NCBI RefSeq assembly: GCF_036321535.1
Contig: NC_087437.1
Coordinates: 49,292,001-49,356,000 of the forward strand
Source of the DNA: Camelus dromedarius
Lineage: Eukaryota
Direction of reading: 5' to 3'
Length of the DNA: 64,000 nucleotides
A model generated the notes under the pieces. The model was not told the origin of the DNA. It saw only the letters and a list, made by a program, of their open reading frames with translations, and did no database searches. Position 1 is the stretch's first letter, and the number at the start of each line of letters is the position of its first letter. This document shows positions 53,660-64,000 of the stretch, one piece after another. Both the position numbers and the translations under genes were made by a program.

Positions 53660-54189
53660 GTTATGATTGAACAATAACTAATTTACAATATTATATTAAT
53701 TTCAGGGGTATTATATAATGATTGGATAGTTTATACATTACAAAATGTTCACCATGATAAATCTAGTTACCATCTGTCGCCATACAAAGTATTTACAATA
53801 TGATTGATTATATTCCCTATGCTGTCCATTATATCTCCATAACTTATTTATTTTATAATGGGAAGTTTATACCTACTAATCTTCCTCACCTATTTCACTC
53901 ATCCCTCCACCTTCCTCCCCTTTGGCAACCACTTGTTTGTTCTCTGTATCTGTGAGTGTGGTTTTGTTTTGTTATATTTGTTCATTTGTTTTCTTTTTTA
54001 GATGCCACTTGTAAGTGAAATCATATGGTATCTGTCTTTCTCTGTCTGATTTATTTCACTTATCATAATACCTTCTAGGTCCATCCATTGTTGCAGATAG
54101 CAAGATTTCATTCTTTTCTATGGCTGAGAGTTATTCCATTGTGTATGTGTGTGTGTGTGTATATATATGTGTATATGTATGTATGAGTA

Positions 54190-54275
<86 letters not shown>

Positions 54276-55712
54276 TCTTTTTTATCCATTCATTTATTTT
54301 GGACGTGTCTAGGCTATTATAAATAATACTGCAATGAACATAGGAGTACATATGTCTTTTTCAGCTTAGCATTTTTCTTTTCTTTGGAAAAATACCCAGA
54401 AGTGCAATTGTTAGATCATATGGTAGTTCTGTTTTTAATATTTTGAGGAACCTCCATACTGTTTTCCATAGCAGCTACAACAATTTACATTCCTACCAAC
54501 AGTGTACCAGGGTTTCCTTCTCTCCAACATTTGTTATTTCTTGTCTTTTTCAAAATGGCCATTCTACCAGGTATGAGGTGACATATCATTGTGGTTTTGA
54601 TTTGCATTTCCCTAATGATTAGTGATGTTGAGAATCTTTTCATGTGTCTGTTGGCCTTCTATATGTCTTCTTGGAAAAATGTCTATTCAGATCTTCTGCC
54701 CATTTTTTAATCAGTTGTTTTTTTTTTTATTGTTGAACTGTATGAGTTCTTTGTATATTTTTGATATGAATCTCTTATCAGATATATCATTTATAAATAT
54801 TTTCTCTCATTCAGTAGGCTGCCTTTTTGTTCTTTTGATAGTGGCCTTCAGTGTGCAAAAGTCTTTTAGTTTCATATAGTCCCATTGTTTATTTTTGCTT
54901 TTGTTTCCCTTGCTTGAGGAGACGGATCAAAAAAAAAAAATACTACAACTGATGTCAAAGAGCATACTGCCTATAAAAGTTGTCTTCTAGGAGTTTCTTC
55001 AAGTCTTAAAATCTTTAATCCACTTGGAGTTTAATTTTGTATATGATATGAGACAGTAGCCCAATTTGATTGTTTTGTATGTAGCTGTCCTGTTTTCTCA
55101 ACAAAATTTATTGAAGAGGCTCTCTTTTCCCAATTGTATATTTTTGCCTCCTTTGTCATAGATTAATTGACCATAAATGCATGGGTTTATTTTTGGGCTC
55201 TCTACTCAGTTCCATTGATCTATGTGGCAGTTTTTGTGCCAGTACTGTACTGTTTTGATTACTATAGCTTTGTAGTATAATTTGAAATCAGGAGCGTGAT
55301 ACCTCCAGCTTTGTTCTTTCTCAAGATCATTTTGGCTATTTGGGATCTTTTGTGTTTCCATATAATTTTTAGAATTATTTGTTCTAGTTTTGTGAAAAAT
55401 GCCATTGGTATTTTGATAGGAATTGCATTGACTCTGTAGATTGCCTTGGGTAATATGGTCATTTTAATAACATTAATTCTACCAATCCATGAACATGGTG
55501 TATCTTCCCACTTGTTTGTGTTGTCTTCAGTTTCTTTCATCAGTGTCTTACGGTTTTCCAAGTACAGGTCTTTTATCTCCTTTTTTAGATTTATTACTGG
55601 GTATTTTACTCTTTTTGATATGACTATAAATGGTATTGTTTTCTTAAATTTTCTTTCTGATAGCTCATTATTAATGTATAGATATGCAACAGATTTCTAT
55701 ATATTAAATTTT
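53660..55712 (-). mobile_element. 5'-truncated LINE-1 (laurasiatherian type)
   Basis: 3' UTR plus ORF2 remnants; ORF 55262..55561 reads [31 protein letters not shown]. Confidence 0.95.
54140..54274. repeat. Long compound (TG)n(TA)n(CA)n microsatellite inside the L1
   Basis: Visible; uninterrupted TA run of roughly 50 nt. Confidence 0.95.
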
Positions 55713-55729
55713 TTAAACTTTTCCAATAA

Positions 55730-55940
55730 TTTTATTTTCCAGATGTACTGAAGTATAATTGACATATACATATTATATATATTTTTTAGGGGGTAAACTT
55801 TTAATTTGCACTATGGAGTATTTACCACAATCAAGTTAGTTAACACATTCATCATATCACATAATAATTTTTGAGGAATGGCAATACTTTAAGATGTTTT
55901 CTCATAGCAAATTTAAAGTTTTCAATAAATTATTAATATT
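55730..55940 (-). mobile_element. L1MA9-like 3' end fragment
   Basis: 'gaagtataattgacatata...taccacaatcaagttagttaacacattcatcatatcacata...ctcatagcaaattt'. Confidence 0.7.
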
Positions 55941-55944
55941 TCAT

Positions 55945-58900
55945 TTCTTTTTTGAGGTACAGTTGATTATAATATTAATTTCAGGTGTACAACATAGTGA
56001 TTCAAAATTTCCATAGATAATATTTTATAATTATAAAATATTGGCTATATTCCCTGTGTTGTACAATATATCCTTGTACCTTTTTTTATTTTATAGAGAG
56101 TAGTTTGTACCTCTTAATCCCCTCCCTACATCTTGCCCCTCCTACCTTCCCTCTCCCCATTGGTAACCACTAGTTTGTTCTCTATATCTGTGAGTCTGTT
56201 TCTGTTTTATTATATCCATTTGTTTTGTTTTATTTTTTAGATTCCATATGTAAGTGATAACACAGTGTTTGTCTTTCTCTGTCTGTTTTATTTCACTAGC
56301 AATAATACCCTTTTGTCCATCCATGTTGTTACAAAATGGCAAGATTTCATTCTTTTTATGGCTGAGTAGTATTCCATTGTACATAAATACCACATGCTTA
56401 TCCAGTCATCTGTTGATGGACACTTAGGTTACTTCCATATCTTGACTATTATAAATAATGCTGCTGTGCACATTGGGATGCATGTATCTTTTCAAATTAG
56501 TGTTTTCACTTTCTTCAGATATATACCCAGGAATGGAATTGCTGGATTATATGGCAGGTCTATTTTTAGTTTTTTGAGAACCCTTTATACTGGTTTCCAC
56601 AGTGGCTGCACCAGTTTACATTCCCACCAACAGTGTACAAGTGTTCCCTTCTCTCCAGATGCTCACCAACATTTGCTGTTTGTGGCCATTTTGATAATAA
56701 CATTATTCTGACAGATTTGAGGTAATATCTCACTGTGGTTTTGATTTGCATTTCTCTGATGATTACCAGTGTTGAGCATCTTTTCATGTCCCTGTTGGCC
56801 ATCTGTATGTCCTCTTTGGGAAAATGTCTATTCAGGTCTTCTGCTCATTTTTAATTGGTTATTTGTTTTTTGATGTTGAGTTGTATGAGCTGTTTATATA
56901 CTTTGGATATTATCCCTTATTTGTCATATCATTTGAAAATATTTTCTCCCATTCGATGGGTTGTCTTTTTGTTTTGTCAGTGGTGTCCTTTGCTGTGCAA
57001 AAGCTTTTAAGCTTGATTAGGTTCCATTTGTTTATTTTTGTTTCCTTTACCTTAGGAGACAGATCCAAAAAATATATTGCTACAATATGTGTCAAAGTGT
57101 GTCATGCCTATGTTTTCTTCAAGGAGTTTTGTGATTTCTGGTCTTAAATTTAGGGTTTAATTCATTTTGAGTTTATTTTTGTATATGCTGTGAGAAAATG
57201 TGCTCTAATTTTATTCTTTTATATGCAGTTGTCCATTTTTCCCAGCACCGCTTACTGAGGAGACTGTCTTTTCTCCATTGTATATTCTTGCTCTTTTGCT
57301 GTTGATTAATGGACCAAAAGTGTGTGGGTTTATTTCTAGGCTGTCTATTCAGTTCCATTGATCTATGTGTCTGTTTTTGTACCAGTACCATTCTGTTTTA
57401 ATTACTGTAACTTTGTAGTACAGTCAGAAGTCAGGGAGTGTGATTCCTCCAGCTCTGTTCTTCTTTCTCAAGACTGTTTTGACTATTCTGGGTCTTTTGT
57501 GTTTCCATACAAATTGTAAATTTTTTTGTTCTAGTTCTATGAAAAATGCCATAGGTATTTTGATAGGGATGGCATTGAATTTGTAAAATTTGCATTGGGT
57601 AGTATAATCATTTTATTAATATTAATTCTTCCAATGCACGAACATGGTATATTTTTCTCTTTGTGTTGTCTTCATTTTTGTCCATTAGTGTCTAATAGTT
57701 TTCCAAGTACAGGTTTTTTTACCTCCTTAGATTTATTCCTAGGTATTTTATTATTTTTGATGTGATTGTAAGTGGGATGGTTTCCTTAGTTTGTCTTTCT
57801 GATAGTTCATTGTTAGTGTACAGAAATGTGATTTCTGTATATTAATTTTGTATCCTGCAACTTTACCAAATTCCTTCATAAGCTCTAGTAGTTTTTTGGT
57901 GGCATCTTTAGGATTTTCTACATGTAATGCCATGTCATCTGCAAACAGTGTCAGTTTTAATTCTTTTTTTCCAATCTGGATTCCTTTTATTTCTTTTTCT
58001 TCTGATTGCTGTGGCTAGGACTTCCAATACCATGTTGAATAAAAGTGGGTGAGAGTGGCCATCCTTGTCTTGTTTCTGATCTTAGAGGAAATACCTTCAG
58101 CTTTCCACTGTTGAGTATGATGTTGGCTCTCAGTTTGTCATATATGGCCTTTATTGTATTGAGGTACATTCTCTCTATATCCACTCTGCTGAGAATTTTT
58201 ATCATAAATGAATGCTGAATTTTGTGAAAAGGTTTTTCTGAATCTATTGAGATTCTCAAATGATTTTTATTCTTCAGTTTGTTGATGTGTTGTATGACAT
58301 TGATTTAGTTGCAGATATACAGCCATCTTTGCATCCATGGGATAAATCCCACTTAATCAGGGTGTACTATCCTTTTAATGTCTTGTTGAATTTTGTTTGC
58401 TCATGTTTTGTTCAGGATTTTTGCATTTATGTTCATTAGTAATACTGGCCTGTAATTTTCTTTTTTTGTGGTATCTTTAATGATTTTGGAATCAGAGTTA
58501 TCATGGCCTCCTACAATGAGTTTGGAAGCATTCCTTCCGCTTCAATTTTTTGGAATAGTTTGAGAAGGATACATTTTAACTCTTTTTCAAATGTTTGGCA
58601 GAATTCACCTGTGAAGCCATCTGGTCTTGGACTTTGGTTTGTTGAAAGTTTTTTAAATTACTGATTCAGGTTCATTACTGATAATCAATCTGTTCATATT
58701 TTCTATTTCTTCTTGATTGTCTAGAAAGATTGTACATTTCTAGAAATTTATCCATTTCTTCTGGGTTGTCCATTTTTGGGCATATAATTGTGGTATTTCT
58801 GTGGTGTTGTTTATAACTTCTCTTTAATTTCCAATTTTTTTTTTATTTAGGCCCTCTCTCTTTTTTAATGAGAATGACTAAAGGTTTATCAATTTTGTCT

Positions 58901-59575
58901 GTCTTTTAAAAGAACCAGCTCTTGGTTTCACTCATCTTTTTCTACGATTTTTTTTTGTCTCTGTTTCATTTACTTCTGCTCCGATCTTTGTTATTTCTTT
59001 CATTCTACTAACTTTGGATTTTATTTGTTATTCTTTTTCTAGTTCCTTCAGGTGTAAGGTTAGATTTTTATTTGAGGTTTTTCTTGTTTCCTGAGGCAGG
59101 CTTATATTGCTATAAACTTCCCTAATTTTTAATGGGAACTGCTTTTTCTCTGTCCCATAGATTTTGGATCATGTGTTTCCATCTTAATTTGTCTCCAGGA
59201 AGTTTTTATTTCCTCTTTGATTTTTTCAGTGACCCATTGGTTGTTTAGTATCACATTGTCTAGCCTCCACATGTTGATGTTTTTGCAGGTTTTTTTTCTT
59301 GTAGTTGATTTCTAATCTCATACAGTTGTGGTTGGAAAAGATGCTTGATACAATTTCAGTATTGTTAAATTTATTGAGCCTCGTTTGTGGCCAAGCATAT
59401 GCTCTCTCCTGAAAAATGTTCCATGTGCACTTGAAAATAATGTGTATTCTGCTGCTTTGGGGTGGAATGTTCTATAGATCTCTATAAAGCTCATCTGAGC
59501 TAATGTGTCATTTAAGGCCTGTGTTTCCTTATTGATTTTCTGTCCAGATGATCTGTCCATTTGATGTAAGCAGGA
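55945..59575 (-). mobile_element. LINE-1, about 3.6 kb, from the 3' UTR to the endonuclease domain of ORF2 (decayed)
   Basis: ORF2 fragments 56566..56802, 56910..57095, 57751..57933, 57987..58259 (RT) and 59318..59560 (endonuclease: IYRTFHPKAAEYTLFSSAHGTF). Confidence 0.97.
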
Positions 59576-59899
59576 AAAGATATAAAAATTTTAAATCAGG
59601 GAAGTTTGGGGAAAAGATCAAATACTGATTAATAGAACTGTTTAAAGAAATAATATGCTCTGGTTACTTAAATAGTTTTTATTAACTGAATATTAATGGA
59701 AAAGCCTGTTTCAGCTATTTCTGAAAACACACAAAAATATGTCTTGGTAGGTACAATTTACTAAATAGCTAAATTTTGTCTTGTTGATTAAATAACTTAT
59801 AATAAGAGGTTAAATCACTTGCCCAGGGCTACCATATTGAGTGGCAAAACCAGCATCTGAAACTAGGTGTTCAGGCTCAAGCACTTGAGAGATCAATAG

Positions 59900-60062
59900 G
59901 ATTCAGTAAGTTTGGAAATATCCCGTATTATATTCCACTTAGTGAGTCAGTATGCATTGGCATGTGAAATACTCTGAGAAATCCTGTAAGAAAGAAGCTT
60001 TTAAAATTTGGTTTAATTCTGTATTAAATTCATTGACTCCCAAATCCTTTTTCACCTAACAG
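59900..60062. mobile_element. MER103-like fragment
   Basis: 'taagtttggaaata...tgcattggcatgtgaaatactctgagaaatcctgtaagaaagaa'. Confidence 0.55.
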
Positions 60063-60074
60063 CTATGCTGTACT

Positions 60075-60290
60075 ATTTAAGATCGTGAGCTCTGCAGTCA
60101 AATGGCCTGGTTCAAATTCCAGCTCAGCTGTTTAACCATGTCACTTAATTTGTCTAATCTCTACTTCCCTCATCCATAAAATGGAAATAGTACTAATACC
60201 GCTTCAAAGACTTGTGAGCATTGGATGATAAAATGCATATAAAGCACATACTAAATGCTCAACAAATTTAGCTAAAACTGTTGTTGATAA
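60075..60290 (+). mobile_element. MIR SINE
   Basis: 'gagctctgcagtcaaatggcctggttcaaattccagctc...cctcatccataaaatggaaatagtactaatacc'. Confidence 0.85.
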
Positions 60291-61884
60291 CATTCCTCAA
60301 AATTAATGTTTGCAGAACATAATTTGAAAATGCCATCCTAAGTATTCAGATAAAACCATAAAAATGTATACACAAGTAATTGCTACAGGTCTACAACATG
60401 CCACTGGGAACATAAAATTTATTGGAAGACTTTCAGGTAGCACATATTTGTGAGAAAGGTTATTTGCAATCCTGGCAAAGTGTGGAGTTTCCATTCAGGG
60501 ATGAAGGACGATGTAATATTGGGGCCATTGCTGAGATCTGCTGATGTCTCTCTAGATGTGAGCAGACACACAGATGGTCCAAGTAAGGGTAAAGGAGAAG
60601 CTGTTGCTTACAGGCAGACAAAGAGAAGGCAGAGAGAGAAGGGAGTGCTGACTTGTGCCAATTCTCTTACCCCAGTCAGTGGAAAAGAAATATCTATCTT
60701 TCCATTAGTTTAACCCCTTTCCTCAACTAACAAAGAGAAAAGATGCTCTTCTCAGTGGTTACTGTTTCCAAAGAAAGGTAAGTCATGTTATCTTTCTTTG
60801 AAACAGAAAGCAGATTATTTTGTAGAGAAAATACCAACTGTTTTTCTTTTAAAATGTAGGGTTCGGTGAATCATAAAAGAAGACAGTACAGAGTAAATAC
60901 AGCCGACTTTCATTTAGGTTGATAAATTAGAAAATTCCTAGGGAGACATTAGACAACTAATATTGCCATTGTCCATCTATTTGTAGAGCTATTACTTTTC
61001 TATACAGCAAAGTCTTTTACATACTATTAGAGAACTTGGATTACCTAAACATCACTTTGATGTCAGTAACAATTTCATCACATTAACACAAGGGGAAAAA
61101 TGGAAACTTGACTCTCATGACTGAATAGATTTGTTTTTATTTTGTCAAAAAAAAGAATGAAATAAATGTTTTCTTAGTATACCTTGGCCACATGCTTCAT
61201 TATGATTAGGCTGCCTCTTCAATGCATTACTCAACCAGTTTATACCTGGATAGGGTTGTATGGCTCGTCAGATCTTCATTCAGTCCAGCATTGCGGAAGT
61301 AGGTTGCCTGATGCATTATTCCTTGTTGTAAACGTGTTTATTTTTCTAGAATGTGATGATAAGCATTTGATTCATTTGTTCATGTCCCTTTAAGGATGAT
61401 TTATCAATGTCAGTGATACTTAGAGATCTGAGAGCAATTAATGTTGCTTCAAGTAAAGTTAATATGGCAGCTCCACTGAAGGTATCCAGGGGATACATTG
61501 CTTCTTGTATGGTTAAGATCACCTACTTAGTGACTGAAACTCTAACAAGTCAACCTCAAGAGTTCATTGTAGTTTTGTGGGCAAACTGGAGAAAGAATAT
61601 GTAGTATACACAAAAAATATTCCCCTAGTTCAAATTTTACATTTATACAAAGTTAGTTAGCAGAGCCAAGATAAGCAATCTAAGCCTGACCTCTTTGCCT
61701 TTTCCTTTTCTCTTGTAGCATGCAATAGCAGTTTGATGTTTTATTTTGACAGTACAGAAATTTAAAGTAAAAGTACTACTTGTCGCGCAAATTAAAATAT
61801 GTGATTTGAATTATGGCATGTTTCTGAATTCAGCAAAATCATCGCATATGATGCCATCCTCTGGTAATTTTCCCCTTTGATCAG

Positions 61885-62102
61885 ATGAATCTGAAAACTG
61901 TTCTTGCAAGGTATCTGCAGACAAGAAGCCAGCTCTTTCAGCGGGTTCTGTCTGGCTTCCCAATCCCGCCAAGGAGAGAGGAGACATGCAGGGGGTGGAT
62001 AAAGAAGGCTCTCCTGGTAGGATGGTCTGGGAAGTATAAAATGGTGCTGATGCCAGGTATAACCTCATTTAAGCAGAAATTGGAATTTGATGAGATTACA
62101 AG
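61885..62102 (+). other. Candidate exon or conserved non-coding element, 218 nt, with one open frame
   Basis: Acceptor ttttcccctttgatcag (ends 61884) and donor AAG|GTGAGG (62102/62103). ORF 61885..62106 spans this interval exactly. The peptide is not recognised. Confidence 0.3.
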
Positions 62103-62542
62103 GTGAGGAGATAGTGCTCATGTTGTGTTTTTTTTCCCCGGGATATTGGTGCTATGGGCAAACTGTCAAGGAAGTATATTGATACCTATTCAATTTTTAT
62201 TAGGAAAAAAAGTATGCTTATTGCATTCTTTTGACCAGTAGGAAGTTTTTGAAGCATGTACTTTGCACATGAAATTTCTTTCACTCTCCCAAAAAATTCA
62301 GTATATTTTATTTCTTTTTCTTCTTTTCTTTCTTTCTTTCTTTTTTTTTTTTTTTTTTTTTGCTTGTATGTTTCAAACTGCTTGCATGTTAAAAAGTCTA
62401 AAGGTATTTTTGGATTGAGGAAAGTTGACTCCATATAGAAATCAAAATATATCATTCTCAATTTTCAAAGTAATTTCATTTATCTGTAGGAAAATGCTTG
62501 GAAGTCAGGCTTCTTTGACACTTTTTAAAAAGGGGGATAAAA

Positions 62543-62935
62543 GCAACAACATGGATGGACCTGGAGGGTATTATGCTAAGTGAAGTAAGTCAGACCGAGA
62601 AAGACAAACACTGTATGTTTTCACTTAGATGTGAAATCTAAAAAACTAAACAAACTAACAAATATAACAACAGACTCACAGATACAGAGAACAAACTACT
62701 AGTGGTTGCCAGAGTGGAGGGGAGTGAAGGGAATTAAAAGGTACAAACTACCTGTAATAAAGTAAAGAAGTCACAGGGATGTGATGTACAGCACTATTAA
62801 TAATATTAGAATATAGTTAATAACATTGGAATAACTTTGTATGGAACATAATCTATGTAAATAATGAATCACTGTGTTATGTACCTGAAACTAACATAAT
62901 ATTATAAGTTAACTCTACTTCAGATTTTTTAAAGA
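62543..62935 (+). mobile_element. 5'-truncated LINE-1 3' end (L1MA9-like or laurasiatherian type)
   Basis: 'gcaacaacatggatggacctggagggtattatgctaagtgaa...gtacctgaaactaacataatatt'. Confidence 0.92.
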
Positions 62936-64000
62936 AAGAATTCAAATAGCATAAAGGCTCCTGCGGCATGGCACTGTTGCAGTATATCAATACAGAGCTC
63001 TTCGGAGTCTTAATTTACTTGAGCAGCCCCTGTAAAAAGCCATGCCAGAGAGTGGGAAGGAAGGTTGGCAGCCAGAGACTAGATGCCAAACGGTTCCTCA
63101 CTGGCAGTAGCATCTGGATGGGAGGTTGGCTTGCCTCCGGGACTCTTGGCCAACAGCACTGTTGTCTATACAGACGGCTGTGTATCTGTTCAAGAGTCCA
63201 ACAACTGTGTGTGTGTATTTTGGTAAGCTTTTATTTCTGGGCCAAAGATTTGCATGGCATTTTTGCATATGTTGGCACCAATTCTATATTTGGCTCTCCC
63301 CCCATCCTCACCCACTGCTACATTTTAGTTTCTGATGAAAAACACTACACAGAAATGGAAATGCATTAAGAGAAGAAAATATATTTCTTGAATTTTTTTC
63401 TTAAATCCAACAGAACATGTGTAGGTATGACACTGACATTATTCTAAATGGACTCTCTTCCTTTCTCAAGCCTGGAATAATGTAGAAATTCCCGGTCTCA
63501 ATGCAAAAAATTTTCTTGATCCTCGCAGGATTTAGATAGAACTTAATTACAGAACTATCCGAAGTTACTTTAATCACCAGAATTATAATGAACCATTAAG
63601 AAATGTAAAATCATGCTACTCTTTCAATGTTCCAGGGAAATATAAAATAATTTGATAAATGTAGTCACTGTAGTATGATACCAGGAACTGCCACACATCC
63701 AGTCAACTAACTTGTCAAAGTCCTGCCTTATTTTTCAGGGCCACAACTTCTCAAACTTTTAATAATCTGCTAGCCCAAAAGCATTTGCTTCAGGGGCAGT
63801 CCCACACTAATGTAATTCAACCAACATCTATCAGATGGCCCCTTTATACAAAATTCTGGAGGATACAAGGTTGAACAAGATATCTAACCCCCAAAATTTA
63901 TAGCTTTTTTTCCTTTTTGATGAAGAAGATTGGAACAGACTTTTAAACAAGTAACAAGAGCACCAAGAAGCAAAAGTGAAAGCTCAGCGGAGGTCCAGAG

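Noticed and set aside
61353..61431. C/D box snoRNA-like spacing (GTGATGA ... CTGA, 79 nt)
   Set aside because: There is no terminal stem and no convincing rRNA/snRNA guide complementarity by eye. snoscan or Rfam would be needed, and such boxes occur by chance.
62968..63369. 133-aa ORF on the + strand
   Set aside because: No recognisable domain, composition typical of random non-coding translation, and no supporting splice structure.
1..64000. CRISPR arrays, operons, prokaryotic defence systems, numts or endogenous viral genes
   Set aside because: The sequence is mammalian. I saw no spaced direct-repeat array and no mitochondrial or viral coding signature.

Overview
This window is AT-rich mammalian non-coding DNA, either a large intron or intergenic, with no CpG island and no protein-coding gene I can recognise. 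Two tRNA-Ala-derived SINEs (vic-1 type) and the absence of any Alu, Bov-tA, PRE-1 or SINEC copy point to a camelid genome; this assignment is an inference. Much of the window is decayed transposons: LINE-1 of several ages, L2, L3/CR1, MIR, hAT-Charlie MITEs (MER3/5/102/103/112/119-like), ERVL/MaLR LTRs and microsatellites. Every recognisable ORF in the track is a broken L1 ORF2 fragment or its antisense. The remaining unique stretches contain a few candidate exons and enhancer-like motif clusters. I found no convincing novel biological system. The best leads are a candidate open exon at 61885-62102, a nested and probably chimeric L1 cluster inside one target-site duplication (TSD), an unidentified retro-insert within a MER119, and a well-bounded non-coding exon candidate at 9867-10035. 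Repeat family names come from recalled consensus sequences, not a database search, and boundaries are approximate.
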